A stretch of 64,000 nt of DNA. Source: Candidatus Latescibacterota bacterium. GTDB lineage: Bacteria; Latescibacterota; UBA2968; GCA-2709665. The DNA lies in contig CBDCOX010000002.1 in NCBI GenBank assembly GCA_965219995.1, positions 4,000,001-4,064,000 on the forward strand, written 5' to 3'. A program made the position numbers and the translations under genes. Positions 28,755 to 38,980 of the stretch are shown piece by piece; position 1 is the first letter of the stretch, and every line of letters starts with the position of its first letter. The notes beneath the pieces were generated by a model. The model had not been told where the DNA came from. It saw only the letters and a list, made by a program, of their open reading frames with translations, and searched no databases.

Positions 28755-31700
28755 ATGTCCGAAACTCCGGGACGCAGTGCACGAAGGCGTAAGCAGGAGT
28801 CGTACGATATCGAGATCGTGAACAGGGAGATCCCCGAGCTCAAGGACCTCTGCCTGGAGACGGACCTGTCGAAGGACGTGCTGGTCGTCCCGCCGGAGGG
28901 TGAGAGCGGAGAGCGTATCGGCCGTAGAATCGCGCAGGTGCTGGGAGATGGGGCGGAGGTAAGGCCCGCGTCGGAGGTTGGCGAGAGCGATTGGGATTCC
29001 GCGCATATTGTGGCCGCGGGCAACGTGTTCAGCAACCGGGCGGTCCGGCGCCTGGGTATGAATTTCTACGCGTGGACCGACGAATACTATCCGGGCGGGG
29101 ACGGGTACGAAGTGAGAACGATACACAATCCCTTCGGGGCGGGAAAGAACGTGGTGCTGCTTGGGGGAAGCACGCCCGAAGGGGTCGAGCGGGCGGTGAG
29201 CGAATTCCTCGGGATCGTGGAAAGGGAGGGACCGCGCATCGGACGGATCAACCGGTCGGTATCGCGGCAGAACCCCGAGTCCTCCCCCACGGACGCCGAA
29301 GCGCGCAGGATTATCGATACCGTGAACGAGCAGGTGGCGCTTTCGGGAAGCCAGGGTCCGCTTCGCCGCATGGTGGACCACGCCATGCTGTATTATCTGT
29401 CCGGCGACGACGCCTGGGGCCGGATCTTCAGGGAGGAGTTCCTGTTCTTCATCGATCTCGCGCACGAGGTGGCCGACTGGTGCCTGTCGCAGGGGACCCA
29501 CCTCTACTTCTGGATCTACCGGATGCTGACGGCGTGGGATGTGATGGAGGAGGGGGAGGTGTTGAGCGACGCGGACCGGCTGAAGATGACGAACGCCATT
29601 TACAATATCATCCGGTGGACGTCCGAACTGACCCACTTCCGGTTCAAATCCGTGGACGACGTGGTCCAGAATCAGAACCACCAGAGCTTCGCCGCGCTGA
29701 GTCTTTTTACCGGGGCGAGGTACTTCAAGAAATATTACGGATTGACGGATTTCGACGAAAAGCTGCCCCTGGCGCACCGGACGCTGGAACTGCACGCCAG
29801 GTCGTACAAGCCTAACGACAACGCCGGTACCGGGTACGTGTGGATCACGCCCGGTCACCTGATCAAGTACGGGTTGATGACGGACGATCTATCGTACCTG
29901 GAAGACGGCCATCTCGCCCGCCTTCTGGACAGCGCGGTGCTGACCATCGACAGCCGGGGCGACGACTGCTCGTACGGCGACGTCGGCGCGTACCGGGCAT
30001 CCCGCGCCAGCCGCCCGAGCGGCTTGCAGACCGCGGCGATCGGCGCCTGGTTCTACAACGACGGGCGCTACCGGTGGCTTTACGACTGGATGGAGCAGGG
30101 GCAGGAGTGGAAGGATTCCTTCCAGCGGGACCGGAACTGGGGCATCGGCGGCTGGGAGGTGTACGACGGGTTCTTCTTCAAGGACGTTCCGCCCGTGGAG
30201 CCGGTGGAATTGCTCGGCGTGCGTGCTTCCATGCTCGATGCGGCCGCGCACGATTTTGCAAAGGACCGCGCCAGAAATACGGATCAGTACCACGGCGATC
30301 CCCTGCATGAATCGGACGTACCCCTCGCCGAGGCATTCGACAAGCTCGCGATCCGGCGCAGCTTCGACAGGCGCAGCGAATACCTGCTGATCGACGGCCC
30401 GACGGGGTTCTCACATTCCCAGGAGGACGGCAACTCGATCATCCGCCTGTGCTGGAACGACCGGATCTGGCTGGCGGACCTGGACTACATCCGCCGCCTC
30501 GCGAGATATCACAACACGGTCGTGATCGTGAAGGACGGGACCTGTTATTCCAAGCCGTCGCAGGTGGCACTCAGGGCGATCGGGGATTTTGAGGACTGGG
30601 GGTTCAGCCGGACGGTTTCCCCCGGGGACAACGGTACGGACTGGGCTCGCAATATCTTCTGGTGCAAGGGATCGTATTTCCTGGTGATTGATACTGTCGA
30701 CGCGCTCGAGCAGGGGGACTTTCACCTGGACGCCATCTGGCGGGTGCTCGGAAACGTGGTCGTCGAGGACAACGTGTTGAACCTGGAGCAGGACGGCGAG
30801 CGTTTCCACGTCGTGAACGCGGACGGTTCCGGGAAGACGCTGACGGACCGGGAGGCGGACTTCGCGCCGGACTGGGAGGCCAACTGGGAAAACTACGAAC
30901 ACGCCGACGGGACGGTTCGGATGTGGCACCAGAAGCAGCGGCTCACGCTGGGCGCCGGCGAGCAGGCCGCATTCGTCAATCTGTTGTATCCGTCCAATGC
31001 GGAAATGGACCAGGCGTTCGCCCTGGAGCGTGTGGGCCCGTCCGTCGCGCGGGTCCGGGACAGACGTTCCGGTGAGTCGCTGATGGCCGGGGTGGGGGCT
31101 TATGCGGCCGGGGACTTGCAGGTGGATGCGGAACTGTTCCGGATCGACGCCGGCGGATTCGCGCTGGTGGAGGGGACCTCGCTCGCGTGGGACGGCCCGC
31201 TGTTCAGGAGTTGGGCGCCGGTGTCGGTTGAATTGGATCTCGCGCGGGGAGAGGGGATTGTCGAGGCGCGCGCGGAAACCCGCGTGGGCGTCCGCGCGGA
31301 GTCGGTCCACGTGGACGGCGAACGGATGACCGGTGGAGGCGAGGGAAAGCTGCTCTGGTTCACGCTATCGGCCGGACGTCATCGTCTGCAGGTCTCCCCG
31401 TCAGGTGAGTCGGTTTTCAAGCGGTTGTTGGGAGACGCGGCTCCATACCGAGAGCCCGCCGTGAACGGTGGCCCCACGCCCGGTCCCGGTCCCGGGCTGG
31501 CGCCGCTGTGGTCCGTTCAGGCCGGCGCGGCGGTGACGGCGGCGGCCTCGGATGCATCGGGCGGCACGCTGGTCGGCACAGCCGCCGGCGACGTTCGCCT
31601 GCTTGGCGTCGACGGCGCCGAAAAATGGTCGTTCCGGGCGACGGGCGGGGTGCGCGCCGTTCACCTGGAGGATGTCGATGGAGACGGCGAATCCGAGGCG

Positions 31701-32618
31701 ATCGTCGGTACGCGCGACTGCTGGATGCACGTCCTGAATGTTGACGGCGACGTTCGCTGGGAGCACGAGTTTCCGCCCGGAAGCGGGATGCGGCCACAAC
31801 GGCTAACGACCCTGTCCACGGCCGACCTGGATGGAGACGGCCGACGCCAGATACTGGCCGGCGCGGAGGGGTGGCTGTTCCATGCGTTCGAGGCGGATGG
31901 AACGCTGAGGTGGCAGACCGAGACCCACTACCACTGCATTACCGGATGCCTGTCCGTGGACCTGGATGGCGACGGGCGGGACGAGATGCTGGTCGGCACG
32001 GAATACTACACGATCAACTGCCTGAACCCGGACGGGACGGCGCGGTGGCGTCGGAGCACCGGCTGCGTCTCACCGACGATTCTCGCGGCCGACCTGGACG
32101 GCGACGGGTCAATCGAGGTGGTCTACGGGGACTGGCGGGCCGTAAACGCGGCGTCGAGCGGGGAGTTGTTCGGCCAGACCGGGTTGGGCGGCAGCGGCAA
32201 GTTCGCGGGGCCGGGGACCTACAGCAGCCGTCCCGGCAGGATGGGCGCCCTGTCATGGCGCGTGAATATGGGCGGCGAGGTGGAGGATATCGCCCTGGCG
32301 GACGTGGACGGCGACGGGAATCCGGAGGTGATCGCCGGCAGCGACGTGGGACAACTGGTCTGCATCGCGGGCGACGGCAACGTCGTCTGGCGGCACGACC
32401 TGGTGGACAAGATCACGTGGCTGACACCCGTCGACCGCGGCACCGAGGTGAAGATCCTGGTGGGTTTCGATACGGGGGAAATCCGGACGTTCGACGAGAA
32501 AGGCGATCTTGCCGCCGTGGATCGGGTGGACGGAGAAGTCACCCATCTTCGAGCCGCCGGCGACACGGTCGTGTGTGCGACGTCCGCGGGTACCGTGACG
32601 GCGTTCCGTCCGGTCTGA
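28755..32618 (+). CDS. Large multidomain heparinase II/III-like + FG-GAP beta-propeller protein, paralogue 3
   Basis: DEYYPGGDGYEVRTIHNPFGAG, NQNHQS, KPNDNAGTGYVW, SHSQEDGN, five DxDGDG repeats. Confidence 0.8.
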   Translation: MSETPGRSARRRKQESYDIEIVNREIPELKDLCLETDLSKDVLVVPPEGESGERIGRRIAQVLGDGAEVRPASEVGESDWDSAHIVAAGNVFSNRAVRRLGMNFYAWTDEYYPGGDGYEVRTIHNPFGAGKNVVLLGGSTPEGVERAVSEFLGIVEREGPRIGRINRSVSRQNPESSPTDAEARRIIDTVNEQVALSGSQGPLRRMVDHAMLYYLSGDDAWGRIFREEFLFFIDLAHEVADWCLSQGTHLYFWIYRMLTAWDVMEEGEVLSDADRLKMTNAIYNIIRWTSELTHFRFKSVDDVVQNQNHQSFAALSLFTGARYFKKYYGLTDFDEKLPLAHRTLELHARSYKPNDNAGTGYVWITPGHLIKYGLMTDDLSYLEDGHLARLLDSAVLTIDSRGDDCSYGDVGAYRASRASRPSGLQTAAIGAWFYNDGRYRWLYDWMEQGQEWKDSFQRDRNWGIGGWEVYDGFFFKDVPPVEPVELLGVRASMLDAAAHDFAKDRARNTDQYHGDPLHESDVPLAEAFDKLAIRRSFDRRSEYLLIDGPTGFSHSQEDGNSIIRLCWNDRIWLADLDYIRRLARYHNTVVIVKDGTCYSKPSQVALRAIGDFEDWGFSRTVSPGDNGTDWARNIFWCKGSYFLVIDTVDALEQGDFHLDAIWRVLGNVVVEDNVLNLEQDGERFHVVNADGSGKTLTDREADFAPDWEANWENYEHADGTVRMWHQKQRLTLGAGEQAAFVNLLYPSNAEMDQAFALERVGPSVARVRDRRSGESLMAGVGAYAAGDLQVDAELFRIDAGGFALVEGTSLAWDGPLFRSWAPVSVELDLARGEGIVEARAETRVGVRAESVHVDGERMTGGGEGKLLWFTLSAGRHRLQVSPSGESVFKRLLGDAAPYREPAVNGGPTPGPGPGLAPLWSVQAGAAVTAAASDASGGTLVGTAAGDVRLLGVDGAEKWSFRATGGVRAVHLEDVDGDGESEAIVGTRDCWMHVLNVDGDVRWEHEFPPGSGMRPQRLTTLSTADLDGDGRRQILAGAEGWLFHAFEADGTLRWQTETHYHCITGCLSVDLDGDGRDEMLVGTEYYTINCLNPDGTARWRRSTGCVSPTILAADLDGDGSIEVVYGDWRAVNAASSGELFGQTGLGGSGKFAGPGTYSSRPGRMGALSWRVNMGGEVEDIALADVDGDGNPEVIAGSDVGQLVCIAGDGNVVWRHDLVDKITWLTPVDRGTEVKILVGFDTGEIRTFDEKGDLAAVDRVDGEVTHLRAAGDTVVCATSAGTVTAFRPV

Positions 32619-32650
32619 CAGGTCACCAACCGGCGCGTGAAGAAAGCTTT

Positions 32651-33514
32651 ATGGCAGGGTTGAGCGAAAATCAGCGATCCACGTATCTCAACGACGGCTA
32701 TCTCCTGCTGGAAGACGTGTTGTCGCCCGCGGACCTGCAGCCGTTGATCGACGACATCAACGCGGGGATTGACGGGAAGGCAGGGGAGGCCGTTGCGCTC
32801 GGTCGTCTGCGCGGTCCGTTCGAGGATGTACCCTTCGACCGGCGACTGGCCTGTATCCGCGACGCGATGGACGATTCGTCGGAAATCGAGCGGGAGGTAA
32901 CTGGGAAGCGTCTGAAGACGGCCGGGATGTTTTCGCTGATCACGCACCCGGCGATCCTGGACATCGTGGAGTCGATCATCGGACCCGAGATCCTGGCCCA
33001 TCCCCAGTTCAACTGCCAGGCGAAAATGCCCAATGAAACCCGGTCGCAGATCCCCTGGCACCAGGACCTGGGATTCCTGCATCCCGAGGCGGAAGCGACG
33101 TTTATGGTCAACTTCTGGATTCCGCTGGTGGACGTAACCGTTGAAAACGGATGCCTGGAGGTGATTCCAGGGAGTCATCGCGCAGGTCTGATGCCGCACG
33201 GAGAGGTTCGCGGGTATCCGAACGAGGGAATCCAGGAAGGGTACGTACCCGTCGGGCGGCAGGTTCCCTGTCCCGTGCGAAGAGGAGGCGTGGTGGTGTT
33301 CCAGCACAAGACCGCGCACCGCTCGTTCCCAAACCGGACGGACCGCATCCGGTGGAGCGTGGACGTCCGTTATTCCGATCCTTCAAAGCCAACGGGGCGT
33401 GATGAGGTGCCGGGATTTGTGGTGCGGAGCCAGGCCCACCCCGAGCGTACGGCGAAGTCCCACCTGGACTGGCTGAAACGGATGCAGGGGGTGGATGAGC
33501 TTCTCTACGAATAG
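32651..33514 (+). CDS. PhyH-family dioxygenase
   Basis: IPWHQD, NFWIPL, NGCLEVIPGSH, TAHRS, RWSVDVRY. Confidence 0.9.
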   Translation: MAGLSENQRSTYLNDGYLLLEDVLSPADLQPLIDDINAGIDGKAGEAVALGRLRGPFEDVPFDRRLACIRDAMDDSSEIEREVTGKRLKTAGMFSLITHPAILDIVESIIGPEILAHPQFNCQAKMPNETRSQIPWHQDLGFLHPEAEATFMVNFWIPLVDVTVENGCLEVIPGSHRAGLMPHGEVRGYPNEGIQEGYVPVGRQVPCPVRRGGVVVFQHKTAHRSFPNRTDRIRWSVDVRYSDPSKPTGRDEVPGFVVRSQAHPERTAKSHLDWLKRMQGVDELLYE

Positions 33515-33548
33515 CTCCCCTGCACTGCCCGCAGGGTTGCATTCGCCG

Positions 33549-34382
33549 CTACGCGGGAACCGGAAAATCGGGCTTTCCGTAAAACATGTGGTGAAACGCC
33601 TGCCAGAAGGATTCGCCTTTGCATCGGACCGTAAAGTCGTCCACGCGCTCAACCCCTTCCCGCACGGAAAGTCGGTTGGGTTCGGGACGGGTCATCTCTA
33701 CCGCCACGGGACTTTTTGCAACAATCGGTTCGATGCCTTTTGCGACCGCTACGGCTTCCTGAACGCGCGTCTTGATCAGTTCGCGGGCATCCGCCGGCGC
33801 CATGTGAAGGGCGCATAACTCTCCCAGGCCTTCTTTTACAGGCGCCGTGACAATGCCGCTGACCCAGCGCTCGGATTCGGTGCAGGCGTGCAGGTCGCCC
33901 GATGTAAAGACCCAGGGGATGCCCAGATGTCCGCACAGATATGCGGCCATTTCCATTTCGCCGACTTCGGCGCCGTTGACGCGGTAGATCGTATCACGGC
34001 TCATCGAATGTGCGAGGCATCCGTCGGGCGTGCCGGTCATTGCGTGCATGCCGACCTGGATCAATGCGTCGAATCCGGGCGATAGGCCCGGCAGCCAGCA
34101 CGGCCGATTGACACCCTGCACCAGTTTCACGCCCGAGACCAGTTCTTCCGACAGAATTGTGCGCCCCGCCCCGTGCGCGTCATTGATGATCACTTCTTCG
34201 ACGCCGGCTGCAAAAAGGCCTTCGGCTGCGGCGTTGACTTCGCCCGTCAACAGGCGCTGCATCTCGGCGCGGTCGTACACGCCCTTCGCCGTTGTCGCAT
34301 CTTCCCGGTGTCTCGGGTCCCAGTCATCGACGCCGGCGACGCCTTCCAGATCGGTCATCATATAAACGGATTTTACGACCAT
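33549..34382 (-). CDS. M55-family D-aminopeptidase (DppA-like)
   Basis: TDLEGVAG, EVNAA, INDAHG, GMHAM, LAHS, VGEM, SGD, VKEG. Confidence 0.9.
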   Translation of the reverse strand: MVVKSVYMMTDLEGVAGVDDWDPRHREDATTAKGVYDRAEMQRLLTGEVNAAAEGLFAAGVEEVIINDAHGAGRTILSEELVSGVKLVQGVNRPCWLPGLSPGFDALIQVGMHAMTGTPDGCLAHSMSRDTIYRVNGAEVGEMEMAAYLCGHLGIPWVFTSGDLHACTESERWVSGIVTAPVKEGLGELCALHMAPADARELIKTRVQEAVAVAKGIEPIVAKSPVAVEMTRPEPNRLSVREGVERVDDFTVRCKGESFWQAFHHMFYGKPDFPVPA

Positions 34383-34441
34383 GGGATTCTCCTGCGTTTT
34401 GGATATCTCCGCGAACTCTTGCATTGCCAGTGATGCCGCTG

Positions 34442-36262
34442 TCAGCTTCCCGCGTGCGCAAGGGCCTTGTCGACCCTTTCTGTCCAGGGGTCTGCGACGC
34501 GGGCTTCGTATCTGCCGTCGTTGAAGTAGGCGGCTTTGGGCATATTGCGGTCTTCCAGAATCGCCTGGCGATGTGACTTCCTGAGGCGCGGCCTGAGTCT
34601 GCGAAGGCCAGCGGCCATCCGGCTCGCCTCGGGTCCGGCAGGCATTGCGCATAATTCGTCGGCGACATGCCAGCCGCGGATGAGGGTTGCGGGAAAGGGG
34701 AACCAGCGGCGGACGTAGTCGATTCTCAGCCGGACGAGCGGGTCCCGCGTGGCGTTATAGGCGCGGCCGAGGGTGGTTTCCAGGGTATCCACGTCGTCGG
34801 TGGTGAAACAGTCGACCTGGTCGTACAGTCCCCGGAGTCCCTGGAACCACCGGCCCTGCCGGGGACGGCGCCAGATGGTCTCGAGGTGATCGTAAAAGGC
34901 GCGGACTTCGCCGGCGGCGCCGCGGAACAGGCGCGTGAAGAAATCGTCGAGCAGCTTCTCCGCGTCCTGGTCCGCGTTCCACCAGAGCTTGGATGCCAGC
35001 CAGATCTGCGGTCCGAAGCCGGGCCAGTGCGGATAGGCCTCGGCGTAGAATCCTTTGACGCCGGCCTGGTGCTGGAACTTGATGTCGTCGGCCATCAGGC
35101 CCGGGAAATAACGCGGCAGCACCCAGCCCAGGCCGTAGTAGTCGTACTTGCAGACGTGGTCGCACTGCTTGAGCCATGAGAGGATGAACTCCCGGTCTTT
35201 GTCCCGGTACTCCGGATCCAGGTGCTGCGCCGTGTCCTGCGTGAGGTAGATGGCCGCGTTGGGCTCCAGGCGATCGATGCGTTTCGGGGTCTCCTCCACG
35301 TTGTGATAGGCCAGGCATCCCACGAATTTTCCGGGATGGGACTCCTGTAAGGCGCGGGCGACTGTGTTGAAATAGGTGAACCACCGGTCGGAGTAGATCG
35401 GACGCCCCCGGAACTCCAGACCGGGTATATCCAGCGCGCGGCAGTTGGCGCACAGGCAGAAGTTCCCGTTGTCGTTCATCCCGAGTGAGAAACAGTGCGC
35501 CTCCGGGTTTTCGTCAAAATAGGCTCGCGTGGCCCTGATGGTGATATCCACGACCTCGGGGTTGCTGGTGCAGGGCTGTCCGAACAGGCCGTTGCTCACG
35601 TTGTCGCTCTCCGGTACGAGCCGCTCCCCGTCGATGAGCGCGTAGTACTCCGGGTGGGTTTTTCCGTATCTGGCGACCGGGAAGATCTTGTACAGGGCGT
35701 GGTGGAAGCCGGCATAAGGCAGTTCGTGCCTGCGGCTGGAAACGCGGTTGCGGCGTTCCCAGCGATGTCCCTCCGATCCGGCGATTCCGCTGAACACGCG
35801 GAAGAGGAAGTGGGGCGTCTTCGTTTCGTCGACAGGCTCGATTTTGAGCGTGGTTTGCACCGGGACGTCTTCGAAGAGCTCGCCGGGCATGAACCAGCGT
35901 ACGCCCAGGTGGTCTTCCAGAAAGCCGTATACGCCGTATACAGTGCCGGCTTCGCTGCCGCCGAGGATGAATAGGTCCCTGCCGGCGGTATGGATGCGGT
36001 AGCCCTCCACGCCGGCGTCTCCGGCATCGAGGTTCAGCTCTCGGGCGTACGCAGTGGCTCCCACGTGGATGGCTGTTCTCCCGCGGGGCGCGGGTTTTCC
36101 GCTGTCGGTACCCATCGGGGGCGACATCCCGATGATTTTCTCCAGGATTGCCTGCAGGTCTGCGGCGGCGTCGCAAAGCGCGTCTCCGGCGCCATCGGGC
36201 ACGACGATGGTGCTCCGTGGCTGACCATTTTCTGCGAGGGTGAGGGTTCTGTATCGGCGCAT
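34442..36262 (-). CDS. DUF4838-domain protein (glycoside hydrolase-like)
   Basis: EGYRI...GTVYGVYGFLEDHLGVRWFMPG, HPEYYAL, QPCTSNPEV, SLGMND, KLWWN. Confidence 0.8.
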   Translation of the reverse strand: MRRYRTLTLAENGQPRSTIVVPDGAGDALCDAAADLQAILEKIIGMSPPMGTDSGKPAPRGRTAIHVGATAYARELNLDAGDAGVEGYRIHTAGRDLFILGGSEAGTVYGVYGFLEDHLGVRWFMPGELFEDVPVQTTLKIEPVDETKTPHFLFRVFSGIAGSEGHRWERRNRVSSRRHELPYAGFHHALYKIFPVARYGKTHPEYYALIDGERLVPESDNVSNGLFGQPCTSNPEVVDITIRATRAYFDENPEAHCFSLGMNDNGNFCLCANCRALDIPGLEFRGRPIYSDRWFTYFNTVARALQESHPGKFVGCLAYHNVEETPKRIDRLEPNAAIYLTQDTAQHLDPEYRDKDREFILSWLKQCDHVCKYDYYGLGWVLPRYFPGLMADDIKFQHQAGVKGFYAEAYPHWPGFGPQIWLASKLWWNADQDAEKLLDDFFTRLFRGAAGEVRAFYDHLETIWRRPRQGRWFQGLRGLYDQVDCFTTDDVDTLETTLGRAYNATRDPLVRLRIDYVRRWFPFPATLIRGWHVADELCAMPAGPEASRMAAGLRRLRPRLRKSHRQAILEDRNMPKAAYFNDGRYEARVADPWTERVDKALAHAGS

Positions 36263-36263
36263 G

Positions 36264-37502
36264 TCAGTTTCCCCCCTGATGAGGTTGAGAGTGGTTCTGA
36301 AGGAACCGTGGGGTCAGGCGACGGCTGATTTCCGGATAGACGGCGATGAAGTGGTCCCGCATGGTTGGAAACTGAAAGGCATCGGCGGTCTCGAATTCCG
36401 TTTCGAGATCCTGTTTCCGGGGCATGTGGCAGTCGATGCAGTTGGACTGCATCGCGTCACCGAGTTCGGCCGTCAACCCGCAGACGTGGGTCTGGTGGCA
36501 TGCGGCGCAGCGCCGGGAGAACAGGGCCAGGTTTCCACGTTCCAGGGCGTGCGGGTCGTGGCAGGTGATGCAGGTCATCGCCGTACTTTGCTGGAAACAC
36601 TTCGATTTGGTCAGACGCGGCAGCTGGTTGGTGCTGTGGACGCCGATTCTGTTCTGTTCTTCGTGGGCGTCCAGTTCGAGATAATCGCTCAGGTGCTCTC
36701 CGGGACGGAAGGAAAAGGGCCGCTGAAGCGGATTGCCCACGCCGGAATGGCATTGCGCGCAGAGGTCGATCAATCGCGGCGGGTCCAGCGTTCCGGGGTG
36801 CAGGATGTGGGGCATTTCCTTCGCATCGGGATTGGCGCGCTGATAGGCGGCGTGGTCCGCGCCGGGTCCGTGGCATCGCTCGCATGAAACGCCAAGAACC
36901 AGGTGGTCCCTGTTGTATGCGTTACTGGAATAGGATTCCGATTCGGAATAGGTTGTATGACATTCAAGGCATCGGGGGACAACGCCGCGTGAGAAGTTCA
37001 CCTCGCCGTCCGGATAGCCCGGGCTGTTAATCCACCGGTGCTGCTGCGTGAAGTAGGAAATGGGCAACTGAAAGAGGCGGTCGCCCTGCCAGAAGAGATA
37101 GGTCTGGCCGATTTTTCCGGACCCGGTGACAATGTCGATGCGTTCGGTCCGCCGGTAGGTGCCGTCCCCCTTTCCGATCACGGCGGTTTGATAGAATCCA
37201 TCTGCTGCGGACGTGACTTCGAAGCGGAGATTGGGATTCCGGGTCCGGACGACGGCGCGATCGGGAGAGAAACTGCCGAGAATCGCTTCGGCTTCGGGCA
37301 GGCGGGAGGTGAGATGGTGGGCGGTGCGCCGGAACGACTCGAACCGGTCCCGGTGACACTCCGCGCAGGCCTGCGCGCCGATGTAGCCCGGTGAACGGGT
37401 TTCGCCGTCCGCGTCTCCGGCATTTCCGAAAAGAAGCGGACCGCCCAGCCCCAGGCATACCGCAGAGCCGAGTAACACCGATCTGAAGAGAACCCTTGCC
37501 AT
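36264..37502 (-). CDS. Multiheme c-type cytochrome (7 CxxCH)
   Basis: CAECH, CLECH, CERCHGPG, CAQCH, CITCHDPH, CAACH, CIDCHMP; N-terminal signal. Confidence 0.9.
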   Translation of the reverse strand: MARVLFRSVLLGSAVCLGLGGPLLFGNAGDADGETRSPGYIGAQACAECHRDRFESFRRTAHHLTSRLPEAEAILGSFSPDRAVVRTRNPNLRFEVTSAADGFYQTAVIGKGDGTYRRTERIDIVTGSGKIGQTYLFWQGDRLFQLPISYFTQQHRWINSPGYPDGEVNFSRGVVPRCLECHTTYSESESYSSNAYNRDHLVLGVSCERCHGPGADHAAYQRANPDAKEMPHILHPGTLDPPRLIDLCAQCHSGVGNPLQRPFSFRPGEHLSDYLELDAHEEQNRIGVHSTNQLPRLTKSKCFQQSTAMTCITCHDPHALERGNLALFSRRCAACHQTHVCGLTAELGDAMQSNCIDCHMPRKQDLETEFETADAFQFPTMRDHFIAVYPEISRRLTPRFLQNHSQPHQGGN

Positions 37503-37564
37503 CGCCCTGCCATTTCGATTGGAAGGTGGGAGGGTTTCTCAAACCGTACGTCTTCCACGTCCGG

Positions 37565-38590
37565 ATGTCAAACGAAAACTCGAAAGGAAGCGTCGTGTTG
37601 AAAGAACGGATTGCGAATCGATGGTCCTGCCGGGTCGCCAACGGCGTTCGCCTCGTGACGGCGGTTGTCGTCGCCGCGATGAGTTGGGTTGTAATCCCCC
37701 TGCCGTTGAACGCGCAGGGTCAGGACGGGTTCTATCTGCGGGGCGATTTTGGCGACTCGGACGCGCTGACCGTTCGGGGGAGCATCGAGGGCGTCGATCA
37801 GCCGACGCGTTGCGACCGGCTGCTGCATCCGGATGCGGCCACGATCCCGCGCGATCCGGCATGCTCCGGAGTCGCATCCGGCGTGCTTGCGACAGTGGCG
37901 TTTGATCGGGGCGCAGAGACGATGACCAGCGCAACCGCTTTCGCGGTGGGGTACTCCCGTGGTTGGCTCCGGCTGGAAGCCGAATTGAGCAATACGGTAC
38001 TGGGCGCAACCTCGGCGCCGCTGCTGGACGTTGGCCGGCTGGCGCCGGAAAGAGTGAATGAGTGGAGCGGGGTCGAACAACCTCGAGCCAGAATTTCGGG
38101 GTTCAACATCACGGACATGTTCGCGAACGTAATCCTCGACTTCAATAATTCTTCCCGCTTCACGCCGTTCGTCGGCGTTGGAGGCGGCGTGTCCAATGTC
38201 ATTCTCGTCTTTGACGGTTTGCGGGTGCGGCGAACGCTCGCCAACGGATTCGCTCCGGCGGGCGGCGTAGATCCTGCCTCGGACGTCGCAATTCCTGTGT
38301 GGCAGACACGAGCTGCTGGCACGACCGATGCCGTGTCGCTCCCTTTGGCAGAATCGACACAGGGATCGAATCTGATCGGCGGGGTGGCGTTTGAGGCAGA
38401 CGAGCGATTCAGCATTGCGCTCAGGGGGCGCTATGCCCGTTACCGGGATGTCCGGAAGCAGGGAAAGTGGGACCTGGTGCGAAGTCACTCGCCGGTGCTC
38501 GCGGACGGGACGACGCCTGCGACTTTCGACCTGGTGCTCAGCGGCATCGTGTTCTATGCGGTCTCCGTCTCGTTCGTGTACGACATCTAA
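37565..38590 (+). CDS. Outer-membrane beta-barrel (opacity/OmpA-like) protein
   Basis: Signal peptide ending LNA; GFYL, AVGY...LRLEAE, FANVILDF...FTPFVGVGGG; C-terminal amphipathic strand. Start uncertain. Confidence 0.7.
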   Translation: MSNENSKGSVVLKERIANRWSCRVANGVRLVTAVVVAAMSWVVIPLPLNAQGQDGFYLRGDFGDSDALTVRGSIEGVDQPTRCDRLLHPDAATIPRDPACSGVASGVLATVAFDRGAETMTSATAFAVGYSRGWLRLEAELSNTVLGATSAPLLDVGRLAPERVNEWSGVEQPRARISGFNITDMFANVILDFNNSSRFTPFVGVGGGVSNVILVFDGLRVRRTLANGFAPAGGVDPASDVAIPVWQTRAAGTTDAVSLPLAESTQGSNLIGGVAFEADERFSIALRGRYARYRDVRKQGKWDLVRSHSPVLADGTTPATFDLVLSGIVFYAVSVSFVYDI

Positions 38591-38785
38591 CCTTGATTCG
38601 CCATTTTTCGGGGACGTTAATTCGAATATACACAAGAGAACAAGGGCGATTTGAAGTAAAATTTCCAGGATCCTTCCGGTCACTGAACGTGAACGGAAAG
38701 AATGCCCTTCCGGACGATCTTTACGCCCCGTTTCGGAAGGTTTCTCCACAGCGTCGGTTTGTCGGATTTTTCGATGTAAGGCAAA

Positions 38786-38927
38786 TTGCCACAAGAGGCA
38801 CAAAAACAGCGATCCAGTTAAAGGGCGTATCGCCGAAAGACAAGGAAATCACTGCAGGGTCACGTCGTTACGGTACACGCCGTTTCGCACCGAACCCTTT
38901 TGTGACTTTTGTGCTTTTTGTGGCTAA
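38786..38927. repeat. Inverted GCCACAA/GCACAAAA-type intergenic repeat
   Basis: TTGCCACAAGAGGCACAAAAA ... TTTTGTGACTTTTGTGCTTTTTGTGGCTAA. Confidence 0.55.
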
Positions 38928-38980
38928 TGTAACGGTTGTCTTTTTTCGAATTAAGGCTAAGATTGACAAGGGTGTCTATC

